A stretch of 63,892 nt of DNA from IMG/VR virus record IMGVR_UViG_3300046167_000699, positions 1 through 63,892 of that record; one strand, written 5' to 3'. Positions 1 to 9,578 of the stretch are shown piece by piece; within the stretch, counting starts at the first letter, position 1; every line of letters starts with the position of its first letter. The position numbers and the translations under genes were made by a program. The notes below the pieces were generated by a model, which saw only the letters and a list, made by a program, of their open reading frames with translations, was not told the origin of the DNA and searched no databases. This DNA comes from a virus (taxonomy: Duplodnaviria; Caudoviricetes).

Positions 1-6
1 ACTAAT

Positions 7-48
7 TTACAAAACTAATACGAACACTAACCGATAATATAATAAACT
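7..48 (+). promoter_or_regulatory. 17-8-17 element copy 1 (putative early promoter)
   Basis: TTACAAAACTAATACGA-acactaac-CGATAATATAATAAACT, 13 nt before ATG 62. Confidence 0.75.
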
Positions 49-61
49 AAAAACAATTAAT

Positions 62-298
62 ATGCCAACATTTATCAAATCAAACGTTGATGCAACAGTC
101 AACGTCAACTCAGAAGCAATTCAATCAGCTGATTACAACTACGGTAACGAAGCTTTAACACTTACCTTTGCTAACGGCAGCAAGTACGAATATACTCGTG
201 TACCGCGCTTTACATTCCACGGCTTGCAAGAGTCTGCGAGTAAAGGTAAGTTCATCAACAACTACATCATCAACACGTTTAGCTTTAAGCGTGTATAA
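62..298 (+). CDS. KTSC domain protein
   Basis: SEAIQSADY..LTLTFANGSKYEY..VP..F..L..SASKGKFINNYI matches the KTSC pattern. Confidence 0.85.
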   Translation: MPTFIKSNVDATVNVNSEAIQSADYNYGNEALTLTFANGSKYEYTRVPRFTFHGLQESASKGKFINNYIINTFSFKRV

Positions 299-543
299 TG
301 ACTGAGGACGAGATGAACAAGCTGGCCTCGATTATCACTGATATGATCTTCGAGCGCCAAGCTGAACTCGACGAAGAGTTCATGACTGAGTGGCAAACTC
401 AAATTCTTGTACAAACCGAAATGCCGAACGAGCAAGACGAGCTTAAACGCTTAGAAGAAATGCTTAGTAAAGCTATCGATGACGAAGAGTTTGAGCTAGC
501 CGCGACCATACACCAAAAAATAACTAAACTTAAAAGCAAATAA
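298..543 (+). CDS. Small protein with C-terminal UvrB/UvrC (UVR) coiled motif
   Basis: ELKRLEEMLSKAIDDEEFELAATIHQKITKLK. Confidence 0.7.
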   Translation: MTEDEMNKLASIITDMIFERQAELDEEFMTEWQTQILVQTEMPNEQDELKRLEEMLSKAIDDEEFELAATIHQKITKLKSK

Positions 544-545
544 TT

Positions 546-1400
546 ATGAATATTAAACCAATGCTCGCATACAAAGCAGGTATCAAGCCTATAGATTTTT
601 CAGAGCAAGTGTATATTCAACCAAAGCTTGACGGCGTACGTTGTTTATTTACTAAAGACGGCGCGTTCTCACGTACCGGTAAACAATTTATGAACGTTAA
701 ACATATTGAAAATGAATTACAACCACTATTTAGCGACTACCCAAATCTTATCCTTGACGGCGAGCTATACAACCACGCCCTCAAAAACGATTTCGAGAAA
801 ATCATTTCGCTCGTCAGAAAGCAAAAGCCTACTGATGATGACCGGAGTGAAGCCAAGTCGCTAGTCGAGTTTCACTGGTACGACATTATTGACGACGACA
901 ATGATATATTATTTATCGATCGCAGTAAGTTTATCCACGAGTTATTACGTGACTTCTTTCCCGGCGCAGATGCGCACCACGTGTTTCCACTCGTAACGTT
1001 GCGTGTTGATTCACTCGAAAAAGCACGTGCTATACACGACGCTAACCTCGCTGGCGGCTTCGAAGGCTCTATCATTCGTCTCAACAAAGTATACGAATGC
1101 AAGCGCTCTTACAACCTGCAGAAGTTCAAAGACTTCAGCGACAAGGAAGCTACGATCATTGGCCACGTTGAAGGCAAAGGCAAACGTGCTGGCACACTCG
1201 GTAAGTTTATCATGCGTGACGAAGCTGGCATTGAGTTCGGCTGCCCACCGGGTAAAGGCTTTACACATGCTGACCTTCGAGTAATCCTTGAAAACATTAA
1301 CCACTACATTGGCAAGACGGCTACGTTCACTTACTTCGAGCGTACCAAAGCAAATAGCTACCGTCACCCACAATTTAAAGCAATTAGAAACTATGAATAA
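546..1400 (+). CDS. lig: ATP-dependent DNA ligase
   Basis: QPKLDGVR motif I, LDGELY, EGSIIR, KRSYNLQKFK, C-terminal OB fold. Confidence 0.92.
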   Translation: MNIKPMLAYKAGIKPIDFSEQVYIQPKLDGVRCLFTKDGAFSRTGKQFMNVKHIENELQPLFSDYPNLILDGELYNHALKNDFEKIISLVRKQKPTDDDRSEAKSLVEFHWYDIIDDDNDILFIDRSKFIHELLRDFFPGADAHHVFPLVTLRVDSLEKARAIHDANLAGGFEGSIIRLNKVYECKRSYNLQKFKDFSDKEATIIGHVEGKGKRAGTLGKFIMRDEAGIEFGCPPGKGFTHADLRVILENINHYIGKTATFTYFERTKANSYRHPQFKAIRNYE

Positions 1401-1695
1401 GACATCAACACAAATCAAAGACCAACTGGTGCGCAAAGGTGCATCTGAAGTTATTGAGGAAGCCTTGAAAGAGGGTGTGTTCTTTAGCGACGTAGACGAA
1501 ATGCACAACTGGATTGAGGACAACTTCGACTACAATATGCTAGGCCATACCGATAACGAATACGACGAGGTAATGGATATTATGATGGAGGAGGTACACG
1601 ATCGTGTATACGAATTCTTTAACCAAGTGCAAGCAGGTATTTTAGAAAAAGCTTTCCTTGTACAAAAAAGTTTAGCGCATGATACGAATCTATAA
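1393..1695 (+). CDS. Hypothetical acidic protein
   Basis: ATG 1393 overlaps the ligase stop; MNKTSTQIK... in frame with the ORF-track call. Confidence 0.7.
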   Translation: MNKTSTQIKDQLVRKGASEVIEEALKEGVFFSDVDEMHNWIEDNFDYNMLGHTDNEYDEVMDIMMEEVHDRVYEFFNQVQAGILEKAFLVQKSLAHDTNL

Positions 1696-1870
1696 GCACA
1701 TCAAAAGATTGCGTAACTACCTGAGTACGTTGCACATAGAGTGTATTAATCTCTCTATACAAGCGTCGCGCACAGGTTGGAACAAGGAACTGCAGAAGTC
1801 TATTACTAATAATGCATTGCTAATCCGCAAGTACGAGCGCCGATTGAAACTTATAAAGATGATATCATGA
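1679..1870 (+). CDS. Hypothetical protein
   Basis: Overlapping, operon-packed ORF. Confidence 0.6.
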   Translation: MIRIYKHIKRLRNYLSTLHIECINLSIQASRTGWNKELQKSITNNALLIRKYERRLKLIKMIS

Positions 1871-1962
1871 AGAAGTTAATCTACCGCATGTATGAGACCG
1901 ACCAGCTAACACTTGGTGCTGCAATGAAGTTACTTGAATATTTAGATAAGAAAGAACGATGA
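1867..1962 (+). CDS. Small hypothetical protein (31 aa, MKKLIYRMYETDQL...)
   Basis: Fills the gap with ATGA overlaps at both ends. Confidence 0.55.
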   Translation: MKKLIYRMYETDQLTLGAAMKLLEYLDKKER

Positions 1963-2435
1963 ATATATTTTACCTAAGCCACGATCCTGATGAAGCTGCA
2001 CGAGTGCAATACAATAAACACGTAGTCAAGATGATTCTTGAGTCTGCGCAGTTGTTATGCACAGCGCACCACGAGTTGGGTAACCATGATGTACCATACA
2101 AAGCAACGCATAAAAACCATCCGTCAGCTATTTGGGCGCGTTCTAACGACCTCGCTTACCTCTGGCTATATGAACATATGATTGCACTCGGAAACGAGTA
2201 CACACGACGCTATGGTAAGAAGCACTTGACAATTGAAAAGTGTTACAATACGTTAATGGATTTGCCGCCTGGCATTCCATCTCAAGAATGGCAACAACCA
2301 CCACAATGCATGCCTGATGAATACAAATCAGAATGCTCGGTTGACGCTTACTGGAACTACTACGAAGCTGAAAAGCATACCGTAGCTAATGCTAACGAAA
2401 CTAAAATAACTAGATATGCCAACAGCTGTATGTAA
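1959..2435 (+). CDS. denV: Pyrimidine-dimer DNA glycosylase / endonuclease V-like protein
   Basis: MNIFYL..DP, KHVVKMILESAQLL, YKATHKNHPSAIW, EYTRRYGKKH, PPQCMPDEYK. Confidence 0.8.
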   Translation: MNIFYLSHDPDEAARVQYNKHVVKMILESAQLLCTAHHELGNHDVPYKATHKNHPSAIWARSNDLAYLWLYEHMIALGNEYTRRYGKKHLTIEKCYNTLMDLPPGIPSQEWQQPPQCMPDEYKSECSVDAYWNYYEAEKHTVANANETKITRYANSCM

Positions 2436-2518
2436 CCAATACCTAATTAAAGTAATGAATGAGCTTGCTCAAAAAAACGATGATCAAGTTATATATGCAA
2501 CCTTAGGTTCGGAAGAAT

Positions 2519-2563
2519 GCGACGGTAGCTAATTATAATAATATAGTAACAGGCTAATGTCAC
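2519..2563. repeat. 45-bp palindromic AT-core element, copy A (inverted relative to B and C)
   Basis: GCGACGGTAGC-taattataataatatagtaacag-GCTAATGTCAC; contains ATG 2557. Confidence 0.7.
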
Positions 2564-3177
2564 AATATGAACGAAATATGAAATACCTTAATGACAAGCG
2601 TATTATATATAGACGCAATCCTATTAGCGACAAGCCCTCAGCTAAATTTGAGTGGGGTAATTTCTACGAGCAAGGTACACATGAGTGTTATGCATTGTTC
2701 CAAACGAAAGCCAAGATAAACACATACAAATCGCTGAAGTGGCACTTGTATGTTTTATGGTATCTTAATGATAACCTCGATCAAGATGATTTTAATGACC
2801 TCGCTGCATTTATATGTGATAAGGAAAACGGGTTTGTAACATTTAATATATCAACATCACTCCGGGAAAGCATAGTATACGATGTATCCATGCAAGATTT
2901 AGAGAGACCACCCGCTAATAAAGTAAGAAAGATTATATTCAACGACAACTCTGGGTTAACCATGAGTGAGAAGCTTAGTATAGTCGGAACTATGGTAGGT
3001 AAACAAAAGCTTACCGCTGCAGAAATATATGACGCTATGTTGTTTATGCACGATGCAGGTATGAAGATAACCATTAAAGCGATTGCTGAGCAACTCGGTT
3101 GTTCTACACGAACAGTGCATCGTAATATGGGTAATGAACTAAAGAAAGAAAAGCAACTGCTTAACCAAGAACTATAA
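2557..3177 (+). CDS. HTH DNA-binding protein (possible replication initiator or regulator)
   Basis: C-terminal HTH ITIKAIAEQLGCSTRTVHRNM. Confidence 0.7.
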   Translation: MSQYERNMKYLNDKRIIYRRNPISDKPSAKFEWGNFYEQGTHECYALFQTKAKINTYKSLKWHLYVLWYLNDNLDQDDFNDLAAFICDKENGFVTFNISTSLRESIVYDVSMQDLERPPANKVRKIIFNDNSGLTMSEKLSIVGTMVGKQKLTAAEIYDAMLFMHDAGMKITIKAIAEQLGCSTRTVHRNMGNELKKEKQLLNQEL

Positions 3178-3932
3178 TGAAAAAATATAACATACAAAAT
3201 TACGTAAGGTACAAAAACGATTTAGAGACGGTGCTCTTGCGTAATGAAAATTTAGAGTGGGGCGATATGTCACGCGATCAACTTGTAGCGCAGTTTATGC
3301 CATTGGTTGAGAACTTAGCACGTAAGTTTTCTACATCAGACCAAGCATCCGGCGTTATGAGCATCAATGATTTAATACAGGAAGGCAATTACGGTTTAGT
3401 TGCAGCGGTTGACAAAATCAGCTGGGACAAAATACTTGATTCTGAAGACCCTGAAAAAACAATCAAGTCATTCCTATCAAAAAGAATAAAGGGAGCGATA
3501 CGCCGCGCTATTGATATTAATAGAGGCGACGTACGTATCCCCGAGCATAAGCTTAATGAGATACGCAAGAACCCGGAAGACGAAGCTATGGTTGCTTTGT
3601 TTTTCAATAGTGTGTTCTCAAGTATCGATGCATTTAATGCTGACGACGAAAATCCTATATTCCAAATAGCAGACAACACCGAGCCGTACAATATCGGTTT
3701 AATGAATTCGTATTTGTTAGGTTTGATGCGTGAGCATTTAACACCAGTGCAGTATGATGTATTACGCTTATCTTACGGTCTTGATGAAGCTAAGATACCA
3801 GCAATGCAGATTGCAAATCGCGTAGGCATCAGTGTATCTACTGCTAATGTGCGTATATCGCAGATAAAGAAGGATGCTATTGACACATTAATAGCGAACA
3901 CCGATTCTTCCCAAGTGCTTGATTTTATGTAA
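3177..3932 (+). CDS. Phage-encoded sigma-70-family RNA polymerase sigma factor
   Basis: Region 2 FMPLVENLARKF...DLIQEGNYGL..AVDK, RIKGAIRRAI..VRIP; region 4 LTPVQYDVLRLSYGL..IANRVGIS..RISQIKKDAI. Confidence 0.85.
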   Translation: MKKYNIQNYVRYKNDLETVLLRNENLEWGDMSRDQLVAQFMPLVENLARKFSTSDQASGVMSINDLIQEGNYGLVAAVDKISWDKILDSEDPEKTIKSFLSKRIKGAIRRAIDINRGDVRIPEHKLNEIRKNPEDEAMVALFFNSVFSSIDAFNADDENPIFQIADNTEPYNIGLMNSYLLGLMREHLTPVQYDVLRLSYGLDEAKIPAMQIANRVGISVSTANVRISQIKKDAIDTLIANTDSSQVLDFM

Positions 3933-3971
3933 GTTAAGCACTTAATACTAATTAACTAATATACAATATGT

Positions 3972-3988
3972 GTAATTATATTAATAAC
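3972..3988 (+). promoter_or_regulatory. GTAATTATA-type putative middle/late promoter
   Basis: GTAATTATATTAATAAC, 16 nt before ATG 4005; similar sites occur on the minus strand. Confidence 0.5.
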
Positions 3989-4004
3989 AAACACCACATA
4001 CCTT

Positions 4005-4547
4005 ATGACCTTAAATGAGAAACTTGCGACTATTCAAACCAAGTTCAAATCCAAAAAGTCGCGTTACAATTCCTTTGGTAAGTACTACTTTCGTAGTGCT
4101 GAAGACATCTTAGAAGCTACAAAGCCCTATCTATTAGAGTTAGGAGTTAGTGTAACAGTCAGTGAGTCCATCATTGCAGCCGAGCCTTTCCCTATTGTGG
4201 AGAGCAAAGCCACAGTGACCGACGGCGAAAGTGCTATACACGCCACAGCTGTCGTTGGTGTTGACCTCGATCAGAAAGGTATGCAAATGCCTCAAAAGTT
4301 CGGTTCAGCATCATCGTACGGGAAAAAGTATGCCCTTGGCAATCTATTCCTTATCGACGACACGCAAGACTCTGACGCTGGTAATAGCCACGGCAAAGCT
4401 AGCAAACCAAAAGCTAAGATAACCTCATCATCGGATGCTGCATTCACTAAGGCAATGGAGTATGTAAAAGGAGGGGGTAAGTTAGATGCTATCAAAGCGA
4501 AGTATGACTTATCCCCTGACGTTGAGAAACTACTAACAACATTATGA
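4005..4547 (+). CDS. ERF-family ssDNA annealing protein
   Basis: NSFGKYYFRSAEDILEATKP, QKFGSASSYGKKYALGNLFLI..DSD. Confidence 0.85.
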   Translation: MTLNEKLATIQTKFKSKKSRYNSFGKYYFRSAEDILEATKPYLLELGVSVTVSESIIAAEPFPIVESKATVTDGESAIHATAVVGVDLDQKGMQMPQKFGSASSYGKKYALGNLFLIDDTQDSDAGNSHGKASKPKAKITSSSDAAFTKAMEYVKGGGKLDAIKAKYDLSPDVEKLLTTL

Positions 4548-5276
4548 TAGACAAAGAAGCGATTGACAAGCTGCGTGAAGACGAACATTACTACGGGAAC
4601 TTTGGTAAACAATTCCTAAGTAACAGTGACATCTCCACGTTGCTTCGAGATCCATTAGCTCTTGGCAAACCGAGAGAACAAGTACCAGCGTTCCTGGTTG
4701 GCGGTTACTTTCACACCGCTATCCTCGAACCAAACAAGCTCAAGAAGTACAAGATTATCGAGTCTTCGACGAGAAACACTAAAAAGTATAAAGAAATCTC
4801 TAACGGCGAAATGTGTTTGCTGCAACATGAGGTTGACCAACTTGAAGTGATGATCGACAAAGTACTCGCTAACGATGTATGTCGAGGCTTGATCCGGACC
4901 GATCGATGGTGAATACGAATTACCAGGTATCACAGAAATCGACGGTATTGCTTGGAAAGGCAAAGCGGATATTATCAACCGTGACGACGGACTAATCGTT
5001 GACTTGAAGACAACAGCTAAGCTGGACGACTTCAGATGGTCGGCTTCGAAGTACAACTACGACAGCCAAGCGTATATCTACCAAAAGATATTCGGTTACG
5101 ATATGGTCTTCGTTGCGATTGATAAGAAGACGCATCAAATAGGTATATTCGATTGCTCACCACAGTTCATTGAACGTGGCAAAGAAAAAGTCGAACGCGC
5201 TATTGAGGCTTACAAGTTATTTTATGACAACCCAGAATTTGAACCAAGAAACTATTTTATTAACCAAACATTATAA
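4544..5276 (+). CDS. PD-(D/E)XK exonuclease (RecE/exo VIII-like), split by an apparent +1 frameshift near 4895
   Basis: LSNSDI..GGYFHTAILEP in the first ORF; WKGKADII..IVDLKTT..YDSQAYIY in the second frame; removing one G at ATCCGGACC restores the frame. Confidence 0.8.
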
Positions 5277-5278
5277 GT

Positions 5279-5599
5279 ATGGCATCAATTATTAAAGCAA
5301 GTATCAACCTCAACATGATCGACAAATCAAAGATCATCGAAGGAAAGAAAGGTAAGTATTTACCGCTAACCATTACGCTCAACGACGAAGTTGACCAGTT
5401 TGGTAATCAAGGACCGCTAATCATTGAGCAGTCTAAAGAAGAACGTGAGGCTAAGATGCCGAAGGTTTATTTAGGTAATGCAAAGGTCGTGTGGTCTAAC
5501 GGTCAAAACGTAGACGCTGCACCCAGAACCGATCAACCAGGAGGAATGGCGCCGCCGCCACCACCGCAAGCAGCACCTGTCGATGATCTACCATTTTAA
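5279..5599 (+). CDS. Single-stranded DNA-binding protein-like
   Basis: Small beta-rich protein with a Pro-rich linker and acidic DDLPF tail, between recombination and primase genes. Confidence 0.65.
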   Translation: MASIIKASINLNMIDKSKIIEGKKGKYLPLTITLNDEVDQFGNQGPLIIEQSKEEREAKMPKVYLGNAKVVWSNGQNVDAAPRTDQPGGMAPPPPPQAAPVDDLPF

Positions 5600-5699
5600 T
5601 CATATGTACGAAGAAGATTTCGTACACATCTCGTACGATAAAGATGGAAAAGTAACCTCAGTAGAGGATTAATATTAATTAAATCCGCAATTTAATATA

Positions 5700-7409
5700 A
5701 TGCAGACAGTAGAGATCAATGGATTTGTGATTGACAACTTCAATCAGCATGGTCTTGATGAAGGTAAAACGCAGGGGACTTGTCCTCTGTGTTCTTCTAC
5801 AAGAAAACCCGAGAACCAGAAGCAAAAATGTGCTTCTTACGATTGGGAACGTGGTCTCGGTACTTGTCATAACTGTGATAAATCATTTCAGTTACACACT
5901 TACGAGCGCAAAGGTACTTCGGAAAAGACATATGTCAAGCCTGAAGCCTTTGTTGTTCAAGAGGTGGGTAGCAAAGTAGAAGAGTGGTTTAAGACAAGGG
6001 GTATATCCCGCAAAACGTTACACGAGCTACGTGTTACTGAAGGCAGTGAATATATGCCGCAGACCGGTAAAGCCGAGAATGTTATAAAGTTCAATTATTT
6101 CATGGGCGATAACTTAATTAACGTTAAGTATCGTGATGGGAGAAAGAACTTTAAATTATATAAGGGTGCCGAAAAAGTATTCTACAATATAGATAGTATT
6201 GTAGGTTACGAGTATTGTATCCTTGTAGAAGGAGAAATGGATGTGCTAGCGCTGCACGAAGCGGGTATTAGTAACGTAATATCAGTACCTAACGGCGCTA
6301 CACTTAATACTAACAATTTAGATTACTTAGATGCTTGTATTGATTACTTTGAAGATAAAGAGAAAATCATACTTGCTACTGACTCAGACGAAGCGGGAGT
6401 TGCATTACAAACCGAACTTATTCGTAGATTAGGCTCCGAGGTTTGTTTTTTAGCTACGTTTGATGACTGTAAGGACGCTAATGAATATTTAATAAAGCAT
6501 GGACCAGAAAAACTCGTATCTAGAATTACGAATGCAAAGCCCGTTCCGCTTGAAAACGTTACAACCTTCCGTGATATCGAAGACGAAATCACCGACTTTG
6601 TTCGCAATGGCTTTAAGCCCGGCTTTCAGATTGGCCTTAGTAACTTCGATGATATCTTCAGCACTTACACTGGGCAGTTTATTACTGTTACAGGCATACC
6701 TTCCAGTGGTAAGTCGGATTTTGTAGACCGAATGGTTGTTGGTTACAACCGCAACTATGAATGGAAAACGGCATTTGCATCACCCGAAAACCAACCAACA
6801 TATTTGCATGCGCATAAGCTAATGCGTAAATGCTGGGGTGGAATGCCAACCGCGGCTGATATATACAGCGATAGATGGAACCAAATAGCCGACCATTGCA
6901 ATACTAACTTCTTCCATATAGACATGGAACGCTACACGCTTGAAGCAGTATTAAAGAAAGGTGCTGAGCTAGTAAAGCGTAAAGGCATTAAGTGTTTGGT
7001 TATTGACCCGTTCAATAAAGTACGATCAAATGACCAGTCAGGCGATGTTAATGTATATACTCTTGAGTATTTGCAGAAGATAGAAACGTTTGCTAAGAAG
7101 TACGACGTGCTCGTTATTGTTGTTGCTCACCCTACTAAGATGTATAAAGATGCAAATGGTAAGATTGAGGAACCAACTATGTACAATATTAAAGGCGGCG
7201 GCGAGTGGTACGACGCTTCTTACCACGGCTTACTCGTTCACAGAGACTACGAAGCAAAGACTGTTAAATGCAAAGTGCTTAAAGTTAAGTTTCAAAACCT
7301 TGGAGAGAATGGTGCAGAGGCGCATTTTAAATGGCAACCAGACTCTGGTGACTATTTGTCTATAGATAACCCAGCAGACTTGCTCGATGCTAAAATGCCC
7401 TGGGAATAA
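5700..7409 (+). CDS. T7 gp4/Twinkle-like DNA primase-helicase
   Basis: Zn finger CPLC..CHNC, TOPRIM EGEMD..ATDSDEAG..KDANE, Walker A GIPSSGKS, LVIDP, VAHP. Confidence 0.93.
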   Translation: MQTVEINGFVIDNFNQHGLDEGKTQGTCPLCSSTRKPENQKQKCASYDWERGLGTCHNCDKSFQLHTYERKGTSEKTYVKPEAFVVQEVGSKVEEWFKTRGISRKTLHELRVTEGSEYMPQTGKAENVIKFNYFMGDNLINVKYRDGRKNFKLYKGAEKVFYNIDSIVGYEYCILVEGEMDVLALHEAGISNVISVPNGATLNTNNLDYLDACIDYFEDKEKIILATDSDEAGVALQTELIRRLGSEVCFLATFDDCKDANEYLIKHGPEKLVSRITNAKPVPLENVTTFRDIEDEITDFVRNGFKPGFQIGLSNFDDIFSTYTGQFITVTGIPSSGKSDFVDRMVVGYNRNYEWKTAFASPENQPTYLHAHKLMRKCWGGMPTAADIYSDRWNQIADHCNTNFFHIDMERYTLEAVLKKGAELVKRKGIKCLVIDPFNKVRSNDQSGDVNVYTLEYLQKIETFAKKYDVLVIVVAHPTKMYKDANGKIEEPTMYNIKGGGEWYDASYHGLLVHRDYEAKTVKCKVLKVKFQNLGENGAEAHFKWQPDSGDYLSIDNPADLLDAKMPWE

Positions 7410-7693
7410 TGGGCAGTGGATTCGGCAAAAGCAAAAATAAGAAAACAGACTTTGGTAACTATTATAGAACACCTGAAGAATTTGAGGCTATGCGCTGGTG
7501 CTTAAAGAACAATATAGTCATTGGACCGTTAGCCGCTGAAAAAGTTAAAACAAACCCTCAATACTTCTATATTGATATTATAATACAGGGAAGATTAAGC
7601 CGTAGCCCTGAAACGTTTCATGCTAAAGAGCTATGGCCGCAAATTTACAAATACTATAAATACTATTATGACAAACATCGAAAAGCAATATGA
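7409..7693 (+). CDS. Hypothetical protein
   Basis: Operon-packed ORF. Confidence 0.65.
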   Translation: MGSGFGKSKNKKTDFGNYYRTPEEFEAMRWCLKNNIVIGPLAAEKVKTNPQYFYIDIIIQGRLSRSPETFHAKELWPQIYKYYKYYYDKHRKAI

Positions 7694-8492
7694 GTCACTA
7701 ATCATGGACTTGCTACTTGCGCCACATAAAGACGACCGCACAGGTACAGGTACGCGCTCAGTGTTTGGTAGAATGCTTGTGCACGATATGAGTGAAGGTT
7801 TTCCTTTGCTAACTAACAAGCGTGTGTACCACAAAATGGCCATTCACGAACTACTATGGATTGCAAATGGACGCACTGACATGCAATATCTTCGCGATAA
7901 TGGCGTTACATACTGGAATGCTGATTACGATCGCTCAGGACGCTCTGATGAGACCCTAGGGCCTGTATACGGCAAACAATGGCGAGACTTTAACGGCGTA
8001 GACCAGTTGTTTAATGTTTTAGACGATGTGAGAAACAACCCAACATCACGTCGTATGATTGTTAACGCTTGGAACCCCGCGGATATGCCTGATATGGTAT
8101 TACCACCGTGCCATTATGGCTTTCAGCTGTATGTAAACGACGGGCAACTTGATTTAATGTGGCAACAACGTTCCGCTGATGTATTCTTAGGCTTGCCTTA
8201 TGACATTGCAATGTACGGTTTGCTACTTGAAATGATTGCCAAAGGCAACAACTTAAAACCCGGCAAACTAATTGCACAACTTGGCGACTGCCATTTGTAC
8301 AACGATCACTTAGAGCAAGCTAGAATATACTTAGCTAGAGTACAGCCAGCGCATATGCCTGAGCTTGAACTAGCCAAGGGCATGTATAGCACAATGCACA
8401 ACGAGGTGATCATTCCGGAGTTCAGCGATATAACCATTAAAAACTACAACCCAAAGCCCGCGATACCAGCACCGCTATCGGTTGGCAAATAA
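7668..8492 (+). CDS. thyA: Thymidylate synthase
   Basis: DRTGTGT, LGPVYGKQWR, SRR, LPPCH, QRSADVFLGLPYD, GDCHLY. Confidence 0.96.
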   Translation: MTNIEKQYESLIMDLLLAPHKDDRTGTGTRSVFGRMLVHDMSEGFPLLTNKRVYHKMAIHELLWIANGRTDMQYLRDNGVTYWNADYDRSGRSDETLGPVYGKQWRDFNGVDQLFNVLDDVRNNPTSRRMIVNAWNPADMPDMVLPPCHYGFQLYVNDGQLDLMWQQRSADVFLGLPYDIAMYGLLLEMIAKGNNLKPGKLIAQLGDCHLYNDHLEQARIYLARVQPAHMPELELAKGMYSTMHNEVIIPEFSDITIKNYNPKPAIPAPLSVGK

Positions 8493-8498
8493 GACAAA

Positions 8499-9335
8499 AT
8501 GACATACTATATTTATCACATACCGGGTAAAAAAATAGGCGTAACACGTAATCTTAATAAGAGAGTAACGGAGCAGCAAGGCTACGCTCCAGACGAATAC
8601 GAAGTTCTATTTACGGGTGAAGATATCGACGAGATATCACAGTTGGAGATAGAACTTCAAAAGTCTTACGGCTATAGAGTTGACACTGAATTATACAAAA
8701 ACCTTTTTAAACCAAAACAAATGAGAGTAAACATTACCGATCAAACAACAACATTCCCTGTACCATTAAACAAACTAAAAGGTCGTCTTATGGACAACAT
8801 AGGTTTAAGTTGGGTAACACCGCACGGACATCGCGTTACAATAGACAAGCCGTTAGTAAAGTGGATTGTTGACAATGCACTAACATCACGCTTCAACAAT
8901 GAGCGTTGTTACATTTACAACAAGGCTATGTTTGAATTTGACAAAACTCGCCACAATAGTGTCGTGCATTCAAAAGAAGACTTTGGTGAAACTATATTTG
9001 GCGATATCCGCAGATGGGCAGATGATCGGGGTATATACGCTAAAGGCGATACAAAGACACAATTAATTAAATTATATGAAGAAGCAGGAGAGCTTGCTCA
9101 AGCTGTACTTAGGGATGATAACGAGGAGTTTATTGATGCTATTGGTGATTGCGTTGTTGTTCTCACCAACCTTGCCCACCTTGGAGGCGTCCGTATTGAA
9201 GATTGCATTGAGTCTGCTTACGATGAGATCTCTAATAGACGTGGTTCTATGGTCAACGGCTCGTTTGTAAAACAAACAATGCCAAGTAACAATGCATTCT
9301 CTGACTACTTACAATCTAAAACCAGCACACTATGA
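8499..9335 (+). CDS. Fusion protein: GIY-YIG-like N-terminus plus MazG-like NTP pyrophosphohydrolase C-terminus
   Basis: YYIYHIPGKKIGVT..L.KR at the N-terminus; KLYEEAGELA..DAIGDCVVVL at the C-terminus. Confidence 0.7.
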   Translation: MTYYIYHIPGKKIGVTRNLNKRVTEQQGYAPDEYEVLFTGEDIDEISQLEIELQKSYGYRVDTELYKNLFKPKQMRVNITDQTTTFPVPLNKLKGRLMDNIGLSWVTPHGHRVTIDKPLVKWIVDNALTSRFNNERCYIYNKAMFEFDKTRHNSVVHSKEDFGETIFGDIRRWADDRGIYAKGDTKTQLIKLYEEAGELAQAVLRDDNEEFIDAIGDCVVVLTNLAHLGGVRIEDCIESAYDEISNRRGSMVNGSFVKQTMPSNNAFSDYLQSKTSTL

Positions 9336-9577
9336 ATCCAATAAAATCACACGATACTATCGTGCCAATGCAATTCCGTGACCCAGTTGTACGCCGTGTA
9401 TGCCAAAAGTTTGTGGGTCGATCAAATGTCGGCTTTGAAAAGTACGGCGTAACGTTGCAAGACGATCCTAGTGAAATGCTTGCTTGGCTTAATCACTTAC
9501 AAGAAGAACTCATGGATGCAGTCTTGTATTTACAAAAAGCCAAAGAAACATATGAAGCACAGAGCTCCGAGGAGTAA
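9332..9577 (+). CDS. Small MazG-like/all-alpha NTP pyrophosphatase-type phage protein
   Basis: GFEKYGVTL..WLNHLQEELMDAVLYL. Confidence 0.55.
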   Translation: MNPIKSHDTIVPMQFRDPVVRRVCQKFVGRSNVGFEKYGVTLQDDPSEMLAWLNHLQEELMDAVLYLQKAKETYEAQSSEE

Positions 9578-9578
9578 T

